Of a stretch of DNA of 64,000 nt, positions 20,320-30,732 are shown in pieces; within the stretch, counting starts at the first letter, position 1, and each line of letters starts with the position of its first letter. The notes beneath the pieces are model-generated. The model ran no database searches, had not been told where the DNA came from, and saw only the letters and a list, made by a program, of their open reading frames with translations. Origin of the DNA: an uncultured Gemmataceae bacterium (GTDB lineage Bacteria; Planctomycetota; Planctomycetia; Gemmatales; Gemmataceae); NCBI GenBank assembly GCA_963750165.1, contig CAVVPN010000004.1:1-64000 (forward strand), in the 5' to 3' direction. The position numbers and the translations under genes were made by a program.

Positions 20320-21033
20320 GTGTCCGCCAGATACAGCCTGGTATTCCTGGTGCTGGGGGTTGCCAGTGCAGCCACGGCCGCGGCCGCCCGGGAAGGGGAT
20401 GGCGCTGCCGCTGTCGCCTTCCTGTACCTGGCGTTCTCGTTCCTGTTGCTGAGCGCCGCCTATGCGGGCCTGGGGCCGCGACTGTTCCTGAAGCGGGCGG
20501 ACGGCTGCTTGCGCCCGTGGACCTGGCTCCTGTTCGGCCCGTACCTGCTGTTGAACGCCTTGACGTTCCGGTTGTATCGCCTCGGCAACCGGGAGCCGGC
20601 GCACGGCGAGGCCGCCCCGCACCTGCACTTCGGGCGACGGTTGACGCCGGCGGAGGTGCGCCGGGCACAGGCGTTGGGCTGGCAGAGCGTTCTGGACCTG
20701 GCTCCGGAGTTCTCGGAAGTCGCGGGGCTGCGGGCGGTCCCCCGGTATCGGTCTCTGCCGATCCTGGACGGCACCGCCCCCACGGCCGAACAACTCCGCG
20801 CGGCTGTGGATTGGCTGGCGGAATCCGTGGCACGCGGCCCGGTATATGTGCATTGCGCGCTGGGGCACGGCCGCACGGCCACGGTGGTCCTGGCTTACCT
20901 GCTGGCCACCGCGCAAATTGCCAGCGTCCGGGAGGGGCTGGCGCATCTGCGGACGCTGCGGCCCGGGGTCGGGCTGAGCCGGCAGCAGGCCAACCTGGTG
21001 CGCAGCCTGGAGCGGAGCAAGGAGCCAACATGA
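20320..21033 (+). CDS. Membrane-anchored dual-specificity phosphatase family protein
   Basis: N-terminal TM segments; LPILDGTAP; VYVHCALGHGRT (CX5R). Confidence 0.88.
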   Translation: MSARYSLVFLVLGVASAATAAAAREGDGAAAVAFLYLAFSFLLLSAAYAGLGPRLFLKRADGCLRPWTWLLFGPYLLLNALTFRLYRLGNREPAHGEAAPHLHFGRRLTPAEVRRAQALGWQSVLDLAPEFSEVAGLRAVPRYRSLPILDGTAPTAEQLRAAVDWLAESVARGPVYVHCALGHGRTATVVLAYLLATAQIASVREGLAHLRTLRPGVGLSRQQANLVRSLERSKEPT

Positions 21034-21119
21034 CGACCGAAATCGTCGCAGCGAATCGCGTCCACCGCCCGCTTGGCAACCGCCTTGTGGGGCTTCTGGC
21101 GGCGCGGTAGGATCCCATC

Positions 21120-21605
21120 ATGAAGCCAACCGTCTACATCGAGACGACCATTCCGAGCTACCTGACCGCCTGGCCGAGTCGCGATCTGGTGCGGGCGGCA
21201 CATCAGCAAATCACGCGCGAGTGGTGGGCGCGGCGGGAGGAGTTTGACCTGTTTACCTCGCAGCTGGTGGTGGAGGAATGTCAGGCCGGCGACTCGCAGG
21301 CGGCGGCGGATCGGCTGGCCGCTTTGGCGGGCATCCCGCTTCTGGAAAGCGAGCCTGAAGCCGAGGCGTTGGCGGCAGCACTGGTGCGTAAAGTGCCGTT
21401 GCCAAAGAAGGCGGCGACGGACGCACTCCACATTGCGACGGCGGCCGTCCACGGCATGACCTATTTGCTGACGTGGAATTGCACCCATATCGCGAACGCG
21501 ACACTGCGTCTGCCGATCGAGGCGGTGTGCCAGCTGGCGGGATACGAGCCACCGTTGATTTGCACGCCAGGGGAATTGTTGACGGAGGTCACGGGCGATG
21601 ATTGA
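21120..21605 (+). CDS. PIN-domain (VapC-like) toxin
   Basis: VYIETTIPSYL...SQLVVEEC...DALHIATA...YLLTWNCTHIAN. Confidence 0.88.
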   Translation: MKPTVYIETTIPSYLTAWPSRDLVRAAHQQITREWWARREEFDLFTSQLVVEECQAGDSQAAADRLAALAGIPLLESEPEAEALAAALVRKVPLPKKAATDALHIATAAVHGMTYLLTWNCTHIANATLRLPIEAVCQLAGYEPPLICTPGELLTEVTGDD

Positions 21606-21813
21606 CGATGATGTGATGCGGGAAGTGCGAGCGGCGAAGGAAGCCTACGCGCAGTCGCACAATTTTGATTTGACGGCAATCGTGGCGGATCTGCGTGCCA
21701 AGGAGGCGGCCGGCGACCGGCCGGTGGTGCGCCGCCCGCCGCGCCGCCCGCGCCAGGTCAAAGCGCCGGAAAAACCGCAGGATGAGCCCTTGCAGCGCAC
21801 CCCGGCCGGTTGA
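21598..21813 (+). CDS. Small partner of the PIN protein (putative antitoxin)
   Basis: Overlaps the PIN gene stop; DDVMREVRAAKEAYAQSHNFDLTAIVADLR. Confidence 0.72.
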   Translation: MIDDDVMREVRAAKEAYAQSHNFDLTAIVADLRAKEAAGDRPVVRRPPRRPRQVKAPEKPQDEPLQRTPAG

Positions 21814-21903
21814 ATCCCTGTGGACATGGGCGCCGCGAACCGGAATGGTCGCGGCGCCCTTTGTGTTGATACCGCCATGACCACCGAACTCACTGGCTCA
21901 ACC

Positions 21904-23561
21904 ATGTCACACCGCCACCTCCGCGCCCCGCACGGCCTGGAGCGCACCTGCAAGGGCTGGCTCCAGGAGGCCGCCCTGCGCATGCTGCTCAACAACCTCG
22001 ACCCGGAGGTGGCCGAGGACCCCGACCGCCTCGTCGTCTACGGCGGCTCCGGCAAGGCGGCGCGCACCTGGCGCGACTTCGATACCATCGTCGCCACGCT
22101 CCGCAAGCTGGAGAACACCGAGACGCTGCTGGTGCAGTCCGGCAAGCCTGTTGGCGTCGTCTGCACGCACGAACAGGCCCCGCGTGTGCTGATCGCCAAC
22201 AGCCTGCTGGTGCCGAAGTGGGCGACGTGGGAGGAGTTTCGCAAGCTGGAGCAGATGGGGCTGACGATGTACGGTCAGATGACCGCCGGCAGCTGGATTT
22301 ACATTGGCTCGCAGGGCATCGTGCAGGGGACTTATGAGACGTTCGCGGCGTGTGCGCGGCGACACTTTGGCGGCACGCTGGCCGGGCGTATCGTGTTGTC
22401 GGCCGGCCTCGGCGGCATGGGTGGGGCGCAGCCGCTCGCCGCGACCATGAACGGCGCCGCCTTCGTGGGCATCGACGTGGACCCCGCCCGCATCGAGCGC
22501 CGGCTGCGGACAGGCTACCTGGACCGCATGACGGACCGCCTCGACGAGGCCCTGGCGATGGCCCTGATGGCGAAAAAGAAGCGGCAGCCGCTCTCAATCG
22601 GTGTGATTGGCAACGCCGCGGACGCACTGCCGGCGATCGTCGATCTCAAAACCCCCATCGACCTGGTGACGGATCAGACGTCGGCCCACGACACCCTGAA
22701 CGGTTACGTGCCGTTGAAGAAACATCGGGACGAAGACCTCGACGGCCTGCGCCGGGATGATCCCGGGGAATACGTTCGCCGCGCCCGCGAGTCGATCGCC
22801 GTCCACGTGCGGGCGATGCTGGAATTGCAGCGGCGTGGTGTCGTCGCCTTCGAGTACGGCAACAACCTCCGCGCCCAGGCGGTCGAGGCGGGCGTCGCGG
22901 ACGCCTTCGCCATTCCCGGGTTCGTGCCGGAGTACATCCGGCCGTTGTTCTGCACCGGCACCGGGCCGTTTCGCTGGGTGGCCCTGTCCGGCGACCCCGA
23001 GGACATTTACCGCACTGACCGGGCCGTCCTGGAACTGTTCCCCGAGGACGAGGCGCTGGCGCGCTGGCTGCGGCTGGCGCGGGAAAAAATCCAGTTCCAG
23101 GGGTTGCCGGCCCGCATCTGCTGGCTGGGTTACGGGCAGCGGGCGCGGGCGGGCCTGCGCTTCAACGAGATGGTGCGGCGCGGCGAATTGAAGGGGCCGA
23201 TCGTGATTGGCCGCGATCACCTGGACGCGGGTTCGGTGGCGTCGCCGAACCGCGAGACGGAGGCGATGCGCGACGGCAGCGACGCCATCGCGGACTGGCC
23301 GATCCTGAACGCGCTGGCGAACACCGCCTGCGGCGCCGCGTGGGTGAGCGTGCATCACGGCGGCGGGGTCGGGATCGGTTACAGCCTGCACGCTGGCATG
23401 GTGGCGGTGGCCGACGGCAGCGCCGAGGCGGACGAGCGGTTGCGGCGCGTGCTGACGAGCGACCCGGCCACGGGGGTGATGCGCCACGCGGACGCGGGGT
23501 ATGAGGAGGCGGTGCGCTGCGCCGGGAGCGCGGCGTCGCGGTGCCGGGGTTGAATTATTGA
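21904..23561 (+). CDS. hutU: Urocanate hydratase; apparent frameshift at ~23523 near the C-terminus
   Basis: [68 protein letters not shown]. Adding 1 nt gives the C-terminus [14 protein letters not shown]. Confidence 0.95.
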
Positions 23562-23575
23562 TCGGGGAAACCACG

Positions 23576-24026
23576 ATGGATGATTGGTGGTGGTTGTTAT
23601 GGTATGGCATCGGTGTGCCGATCATCGCAGCGGCCGTGAGCGTGTGGTGGCTCGCTCACTTCATGCAGGCGTTCATGCAGGCCGAGCGGAGTGTGTGCTT
23701 GGACGAACCGGACGAACCAAACTGGTCCTTTGTCCGCAAGTGGTTATTTTTGGCGAGCGGGCTGCCCCTCATACCAGTCGGGGCTCGGCTCATGAGTTGG
23801 TTGTCGCCAAAGCTATCGTGTTCTGGATATACTTTGATCGCCCTCAGCTGCCTTAAGGAGGCGCCGAACAACAACTTCCAAGAGTAGGACGGCTCTCCAG
23901 AGCCGTCGGGACGGCTCTGGAGAGCCGTCCTACGAAGTTGTTGTTCGGCGCCTCCTTAACGGGGCCGTTTGGGGGATTGGCGCGGTCACCCTGATCCGAG
24001 TGGCTTGGTGGAAGTGGGTGCAGTGA
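23576..24026 (+). pseudogene. Small membrane protein gene interrupted by a MITE-like insertion
   Basis: Removing 23857-23959 gives a continuous 115-aa ORF MDDWWWLLWYG...ALSCL-NGAVWGIGAVTLIRVAWWKWVQ*. Confidence 0.75.
23853..23959. mobile_element. MITE-like element with perfect 22-bp TIRs, TTAA at both ends, enclosing a REP doublet
   Basis: TTAA|GGAGGCGCCGAACAACAACTTC ... GAAGTTGTTGTTCGGCGCCTCC|TTAA. Core GTAG-GACGGCTCTCCAGAGCCGTC-GG-GACGGCTCTGGAGAGCCGTC-CTAC at 23884-23933. Confidence 0.88.
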
Positions 24027-24042
24027 TGCAGGAGGTGCTGGC

Positions 24043-24396
24043 GTGGAGATCACCGTGACGGTTCCCGACGAGTTGGCGCGGCGCTTGCAGACGGTCGAGG
24101 GGGAGTTGCCGGAAATCGTCGAACTGGGGATGCGGGAGTGGGCCGCCCGGCACGGCGCCGGGTTTTCCGGCCTGGCGGAAGTCCTGGAAGCGTTGGCCGC
24201 CCTGCCCAGCCCCGAGGAAGTCCTCGCCCTGCGCCCGTCGGCGACCTTGCAGGCGCGGATCGACGCCCTGCTGGAGAAGGGCCGCGGCGGCAGCCTGTTG
24301 CCCGAGGACCAGCGCGAGTGGGAGCAATACCGCTACGTGGAACACCTGGTCCGCCTGGCGAAGGCGCGGGCCGCCCTGAAACTCCGAGGGGCATGA
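24043..24396 (+). CDS. Antitoxin-like hypothetical protein
   Basis: GGAGG RBS; MEITVTVPDELARRL...PSPEEVLALRPS...YVEHLVRLAKARA. Confidence 0.78.
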   Translation: MEITVTVPDELARRLQTVEGELPEIVELGMREWAARHGAGFSGLAEVLEALAALPSPEEVLALRPSATLQARIDALLEKGRGGSLLPEDQREWEQYRYVEHLVRLAKARAALKLRGA

Positions 24397-24441
24397 ACCT
24401 CCGATGGGACTCCAACCCGGATGCCACCCCTGCGGGGGCCG

Positions 24442-24541
24442 GCAAGGGCGCCAAATCTCGACGTGTGAAAAAGTTGGCGTTCTTGGCGTTCTTGGCGTCT
24501 TTGCTGTGGCAACCGCTGCCGCCCAGCGCTCCGCCGTGCCA
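24442..24541 (-). repeat. 100-bp dispersed element, copy A
   Basis: Reverse complement TGGCAC-N24-TGCCACAGCAAAGACGCCAAGAACGCCAAGAACGCCAACTTTTTCACACGTCGAGATTTGGCGCCCTTG matches 30980 and 41281. Confidence 0.88.
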
Positions 24542-24586
24542 GGCGCTCGCCCCACCCAACATCCCCGTCAACCCGTGGGCGCTCCC

Positions 24587-26203
24587 ATGACCGCACCGCA
24601 CCGCTACCTGGTTCCGTTTAGCCCGAAGCGGACGCCCCACCTGTTCACCGACATCCTCGTCATCGGCGCCGGCATCGCCGGGCTGCGGGCGGCGCTGGAA
24701 GTGCCGCCGGAGCTGGACGTGCTGGTCGTCACCAAGGACCGCATCCAGGAGAGCAACAGCGCCTACGCCCAGGGCGGCATCGCTGGCGTGCTGTCGCCGG
24801 AGGATCGCTTCGAGAACCACATCGAGGACACGCTGACCGCCGGCGCCGGCCTGTGTCACCGTGACGTGGTGGAACTGGTGGTGCGCGAGGCACCGCAGCA
24901 GATCAACGACCTGGTACGCTGGGGCACGCACTTCGACGAGGAGGACGGCCATCTGGCGCTGACCCGCGAGGGCGGTCACAGCCATCGCCGCATCGTCCAC
25001 GCGCTGGGCGACGCCACCGGCCATGAGGTGATGCGCGCCATCATCGCCCGCAGCCGCCAGGCGCCGCACCTGACGCTGTGGGACGACACCTTCACGCTGG
25101 ACCTGCTGACGCACGAGGGCCGCTGTGTCGGGGCGCTGGTGTGGCGGCCGGGGCAGGGCCGGCTGCTGGTCTGGGCGAAGCAGACGATTTTGGCCAGCGG
25201 CGGCGCCGGCATGGTCTACCGCGAGACGACCAACCCGCCCGTGGCGACCGGCGACGGCATGGCCGCCGCCCACCGTGCCGGGGCACAGTTGCGCGACATG
25301 GAGTTCATGCAGTTCCACCCGACCGTTTTGTACGTGGCCGGCTCCAGCCGCTTCCTCATCAGCGAGGCGGTGCGCGGCGAGGGCGCCTACCTGCGCGACC
25401 GGCACGGCCATCGTTTCATGCTCGACGTGGACCCGCGTGCCGAGTTAGCCCCCCGCGATGTGGTGGCCCAGGCGATCGTGCGCTGCATGGAGCGGACGCG
25501 ACACCCGAACGTGTATCTGGACCTGTCGCATCTGGACCCGGCCCTGGTGCGGCGGCGCTTCCCGGGCATCGAGCGCGTCTGCCGCGGTTTCGGCCTGGAC
25601 ATCACGCGCGACCTGATCCCGATCCGGCCGGGCGCCCATTACATGATCGGCGGCGTCACCACGGACACGGCGGGGCACACGACACTGCCGGGCCTGTGGG
25701 CGGCCGGCGAGGTGACCAGCAGCGGCCTGCACGGGGCCAACCGTCTGGCGTCGAACAGCCTGGTGGAGGGCCTGGTGTTCGGCGCCGCCTGTGGCCGCGG
25801 TGCCGCAGTGGCCGCCGCCCAGGTGCCGGATGACTTCACCGCGCTGCCGCTGTCCTGCCGCTTCGAGGAGGCGGGCGAGGCGCTGGACGTGACGGATATT
25901 ACCAACTCGCTGCGGAGCCTGATGGTGCGGCACATGGGTGTGGTGCGTGAGCGCGGCGGCCTGGAGCAGGCGGCCCGCGACGTGGCATTCTGGTGTCGCT
26001 ACGTGCTGGCGCGAGCGTTCGACCACCGCGCCGGCTGGGAGTTGCAAAACCTGCTGCTGATCGCGCGGCTGATGATCGAGGCGGCGCAGCGGCGCGAGGA
26101 GTCGCGCGGCGTCCACTACCGCAGCGACTTCCCGGAGCGCGACGACACTCGCTGGCGGCGACACCTCGACTGCGCGCCGTTCGCGGCCGCTGGCGGCGCT
26201 TAA
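24587..26203 (+). CDS. nadB: L-aspartate oxidase
   Basis: IGAGIAGL, SNSAYAQGGIA, TREGGHSHRRIVHA, EFMQFHPT, LISEAVRGEGA, ELAPRDVV, HGANRLASNSL, ESRGVHYRSDFP. Confidence 0.95.
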   Translation: MTAPHRYLVPFSPKRTPHLFTDILVIGAGIAGLRAALEVPPELDVLVVTKDRIQESNSAYAQGGIAGVLSPEDRFENHIEDTLTAGAGLCHRDVVELVVREAPQQINDLVRWGTHFDEEDGHLALTREGGHSHRRIVHALGDATGHEVMRAIIARSRQAPHLTLWDDTFTLDLLTHEGRCVGALVWRPGQGRLLVWAKQTILASGGAGMVYRETTNPPVATGDGMAAAHRAGAQLRDMEFMQFHPTVLYVAGSSRFLISEAVRGEGAYLRDRHGHRFMLDVDPRAELAPRDVVAQAIVRCMERTRHPNVYLDLSHLDPALVRRRFPGIERVCRGFGLDITRDLIPIRPGAHYMIGGVTTDTAGHTTLPGLWAAGEVTSSGLHGANRLASNSLVEGLVFGAACGRGAAVAAAQVPDDFTALPLSCRFEEAGEALDVTDITNSLRSLMVRHMGVVRERGGLEQAARDVAFWCRYVLARAFDHRAGWELQNLLLIARLMIEAAQRREESRGVHYRSDFPERDDTRWRRHLDCAPFAAAGGA

Positions 26204-26451
26204 AACTCGTACATGGTTTCGGGATTTTTGGAGGAGCAGACCGCGCCGGGGTGGGCGAAAAACGTCTCGGTGGCCCGGACGAAGCCAGCGTGGAAGTCGC
26301 AGCCGTTGCAGAAGAATTCGAGGCGGCCGTCGCGGTCGCGCTGGTAAACGCGGTGGGAGCCGCCGCACCAGGGGCAGCCCTGATGCCGCTCGACGTACCA
26401 GCGGGCGGCCTCGGTAAACCATTCGACGGCAGTGCGTTCGGCGGGAGCCAT
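26200..26451 (-). CDS. Small Zn-ribbon protein
   Basis: 83 aa; CPWC...CNGC pair. Confidence 0.7.
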   Translation of the reverse strand: MAPAERTAVEWFTEAARWYVERHQGCPWCGGSHRVYQRDRDGRLEFFCNGCDFHAGFVRATETFFAHPGAVCSSKNPETMYEF

Positions 26452-26742
26452 GCAGAGCCTCAAGGTGGGTAGGGCGGACGGCGGGCGCGAGGGTGGTCCA
26501 GTCAAGCTTAGCACATCTTTGCTGGTGGTGCCGGTTGCGCGGCGGCGCTCAAATAACCGCGCCTCCCGGTCCCACTGGACGAACCTGAACGACCGCCGGT
26601 TGGGCGTCCGCCGTGCGCGAATGCCTGGTGAAAAATTGAATGCGGTCTTTCCGGCAGCGTCTAGTGGGGGTACATCATTCAGCAGCGTCCCCGGACGTTC
26701 CGGGGATTCCTTACCTGGATGAAGCATTCAAGGAGGCTCGGC

Positions 26743-27300
26743 ATGAAGATCCGTCTCGTGGCATCGCTCGTGGTGGTCGCGTCGCTCGCTCTGGTGATCT
26801 CGACCGTCAACGGTCAGGGCGGCGCGGTGAAGTCCGGTCCGGACAAGCAGATCGGTGGTCCCTTCGACGTGAAGGCCATCACGGGTGATCAGTCGGGCAA
26901 GACGCTGTGCTACGTCTGCAAGTACAACGCCGAGGCGCGCCCGGCCGTCGTGCTGATCTTCAGCCGCAAGGCTGACGAGAACATCGCCAAGCTGGTCAAG
27001 GCCGTGGACAGCGTGCAGAAGAACAACGCCAAGCTCGGCACCGTGCTGGTCGGCGTCGGCGGCGTCCAGGGCTCCGACCTGGAGAAACTGCAGCAGACCT
27101 ACAAACTGACCACGCCGCTGACGGTCGCCGTCGATGCGGAAGGCCCGTCCGCGTACAAGCTGAACAAGGAAGCCGCCGTCACCGTGCTGGTCTACAGCAA
27201 GGGCGGCGCCATCAGCCGCAACTTCGCGTTCGCGGACACCAAGGCCGCCGCCGCCAGGGCGTCGGACATCGCCGCCGCTGCCCAGAACGTGCTGAAGTAA
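26743..27300 (+). CDS. Exported thioredoxin-like CxxC protein
   Basis: AGGAGG RBS, signal peptide, GKTLCYVCKY, GPSAYKLNKEAAVTVLVY. Confidence 0.75.
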   Translation: MKIRLVASLVVVASLALVISTVNGQGGAVKSGPDKQIGGPFDVKAITGDQSGKTLCYVCKYNAEARPAVVLIFSRKADENIAKLVKAVDSVQKNNAKLGTVLVGVGGVQGSDLEKLQQTYKLTTPLTVAVDAEGPSAYKLNKEAAVTVLVYSKGGAISRNFAFADTKAAAARASDIAAAAQNVLK

Positions 27301-27424
27301 TCCTGGTTGCCTACCATCGGTAATGGCCACCGGGCCGGCACGTCCAGCGCCGGCCCGGTGTGCTTTGTACCCGTCCGCTCGGATTCACGACCCGGCAGTG
27401 GGTATCCGGGACGCAGATTCCGCC

Positions 27425-27548
27425 TCACGCAGTTCGCCAGCGCGTGGACCACAAACCGTGGCACGGCTCTCCAGAGCCGTGGTGGAAACCGCACGGCTCT
27501 GGAGAGCCGTGCCACGTCATGTGCGCCTGCCCTTCGTGAACCGCTCCA
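27425..27548. mobile_element. Degenerate inverted homolog of the 10086-10210 element; REP doublet at 27458-27515
   Basis: Right end GTGAACCGCTC; both 33-nt arms align without gaps to the arms of the 10086 element; REP is GTGG-CACGGCTCT-CC-AGAGCCGTG. Confidence 0.72.
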
Positions 27549-27601
27549 AAGGCGGTACTACGAACCGGACACATCCACCGGACCCTGTAGGAGATGCTCC
27601 C

Positions 27602-30600
27602 ATGCGCCGGCGCCTTGCGTTCCTGTCGGTCGCCCTGGTTCTGCTGGTTCTGGCGGCGCCGGCCATCCCGTCGCAGGAAAAGCAAGCGGACCTGCTGCTC
27701 GGCCCGATCAACGTCAAGCCGCCGCACGTCAGCACCGACCCGACGGTCAAATGGGATTACGACATTGTGTACGTCCGCGCCCGCGCAAGGGCAACGATGT
27801 CGGCACCAACTGGCCGGAGATTTCCAACCCGTTGTTCATGGATGCCGGCGCCGACCTGATGCTGCTGCACCCGGACGGCAAGGAGGAAGTGCTGGTCGTT
27901 GGCGGCAAGGGCTCCGTCACCGACCCGATGGTGTCCTTTGACGGCCAGTGGGTCTATTACGCGCTCTTCCACGACCTCACCGGCGGCTCGACCTCGCAGG
28001 GCGCGCCCGCCGGCGCCGACATTTACAAGATCCACGTCCCGACGCGGAAAGTGGTCCGTTTGACGCAGCAGCGGTTCACACCCAACACCGGCGCGGCCCA
28101 CTGGTCGAAGGACTTCCGCAGCGCAGAGCCCGGCAAAAACTACCTCGGTTATGGCGTGTTCAACATGGGCCCGTGCCCGCTGCCCGGCGGCAAGGTGATC
28201 TTCACCAGCAACCGCAATGCCTTCCGGCCGCCCAAGCGGCTGCCGCACACGCTGCAACTGTTCGTCATGGACGACGACGGCGGCAACATCGAGTGCATTG
28301 GCCACCTCAACCTGGGCATGGCGCTACACCCGACCGTGCTGACGGACGGCCGGGTCATGTTCAGTTCGCTGGAGTCGCAGGGGCTGCGCGGCTCGACGCT
28401 TTGGGGCCTGTGGAGCATCCACCCCGACGGCACCAACTGGGGGCCGCTCGCCAGCGCCTTCCAGCTCGGCGCCGCCCCGAGCGCCTGGCACTTCCAGACG
28501 CAGTTGTCGGACGGCTCCATCGTCGCGGAGGAGTATTACAACCAGACGAGCAGCGGTTTCGGTGGCTACGTGAAGTTCCCGGTCAAACTGCCGGACGGCA
28601 CGCCACCGTTCGGCCCCGGTTACGCGGACGACCCGCGCAACCCGCCGCTGCGCCACGGCCGCCTTGACAACGGCCAACCGCGTTTGCGCCGACTGCCGTT
28701 CAGCCCGTTCGGTGTCGAGGGGCTGACGCACTTCGCCCGCACTGACGAGGGCCCGGCGGACTACTCGGTGCGCGGCCAGCGCACCTCGACGCGCGTCGGC
28801 CGGGTGACGCACCCCTCCGCCGCCCCGGACAACCACCTGCTGACCGTCTGGTCGCCCGGCCCCGTCAACGGCGGCTACACCGTCCACAAGCCGGCGGTGG
28901 ACGGCGGCATTTACCTCATCAAGCACGGCAAGGCGTTGGACGAGCCCGGCCAGATGCTGCTCATCAAAAACGACCCGAAATACAACGAGCAATGGCCGCG
29001 GGCCCTGGTGCCCTACCGGCGTGTCCACGGCATCGACGAGCCGAAGCGGTTAACGCCGCTGGCCAACGACGGCAAGCTGTCAAAGCACCTGCCCGCGGGC
29101 ACGCCGTTCGGCCTGGTCGGCACCAGCAGCCTTTACAAGCGCGAGAGCTACCCCAACGGCGCCGTGCCGCCCGGTGGAGTGACGGCGACCTTCGCCGGCG
29201 GCGCCGACCGCACCGGTGGCTACCGCGACCTCGACCCGTTCAACTCCGCGGTGGAGGCGGTGTCGCCCAACTGGTTCAACCAGGGGGCGGACGCGGGCCA
29301 GTACACGAACGACGACATCCACGCCATCCGCATCCTGGTGATGGAGCCGACGACCGACCGCCATGCCGGGCCGAAGTCGGGCCGCACGTTCCGCAGTCAC
29401 GCCAACGAACGGCTCCGCATCCTGGGCGAAATCCCCGTCCGTAAGTTTCCGGGCGGCAAGCAACCGCTCGACCCGGACGGCAACCCGGACACCAGCTTTT
29501 TGGCCAAAATCCCCGCGGACGTGGCCTTCACGTTCCAGACGCTGGACCGGAACGGCATGGTGCTGAACATGGCGCAGACCTGGCACCAGCTGCGACCCGG
29601 CGAAATCCGCCACGACTGCGGCGGCTGCCACGCCCACAGCCAGAAGCCGACGCCGTTCGCGAAAACCTGGGCCGCCAAGCCCGCGTACCAGGTCTTTGAT
29701 CTGTCGCAGCAGACGCCACTACTGACCACCAAAAAGCACGACCAGTCCGGCCAGAAATGGGACGTGAAAGATCAGACCGGGCTGCGCTTCGAGAAGACGG
29801 TCAAGAACGTGGAATACTACCGCGATGTCAAGCCGATCCTGGACCGCAGCTGCGTCGCCTGCCATACGCGGCAGTGGCAGAAGCCGGCCGGCAACCTGGT
29901 GCTGGACGACAACCAACTCGTCAGTCTGCCGAACGCGGACGACGTGCCCGGCACCTATTACCGGCTGACGATGGACTACGCCGGGCGCTTCGGCCACAAG
30001 CCGCTGACGGGCGCCTGGCGCGGCGCCAACGCCTCGCGCTACGTGCGCATGTTTCAGTCGCGGCGTAGCCTGCTCATCTGGAAGGTGTTCGGCCGGCGCA
30101 CCGACGGCTGGAGCAACGACGACTTCCCGACCGAGACCGAGCCGGGCAACTCCCGGACGCTACGCCTGAAGGGCCAGCCCGTGGCCGACACCGCCGCCAA
30201 CCGCAACCGGGCTGACCTGGACTACACGGGCAGCGCCATGCCGCCGCCGAAGGCTGTGGCCGGCACCTACGTCGGCCCGGACGGCAAGAAGATCAAGGTA
30301 GCGCCGCTGTCCGACGAGGACCGGCTGACGCTGGTGCGCTGGATCGACCTGGGCTGTCCGATCGACCTCGACCACGACGCGGCCCGCCCGGAGGTCAGCG
30401 GGTTCGGCTGGATGCTCGACGACCAGCGGCCGACGCTGACATTGGCCGCGCCGCGGGCCGGGGCCAATCCGCCGCTGACGCGCCTGCTGGTCGGTATGTA
30501 CGACTACGGCGGCCTGGCCCCGGATCATTTCCAGGTGGTCGCCAGTTTCCCGGTGGCCGGGGTCGCGGCGGGGAAGAATTTGGCCGCGAAGTTCCGCCCC

Positions 30601-30732
30601 GTCGAGCCGGGCGTCTGGGAGTTGCCGCTGGCTCAGCCGTTGTCGGTAGCCCGCGGCACCTTGACGGTGTCCGTCCGCGACCGACAGGGGAATGTGACGC
30701 GCATCGAGCGCACCTTCTCGGCCGCTGATTAG
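27602..30732 (+). CDS. Large exported HzsA (hydrazine synthase alpha)-like beta-propeller protein with two CxxCH motifs; apparent frameshift at ~27780
   Basis: Signal peptide MRRRLAFLSVAL; DPMVSFDGQWVYY, PCPLPGGKVIFTSNR, HPTVLTDGRVMFS, LWSIHPDGTN; SFLAKIPADVAFTFQTLDRNGM...LRPGEIRHDCGGCH; KPILDRSCVACH. Confidence 0.75.

Noticed and set aside
27602..30732. Anammox hydrazine synthase cluster
   Set aside because: No hzsB, hzsC or hao genes, and the surrounding genes include O2-dependent enzymes (phhA, hppD).
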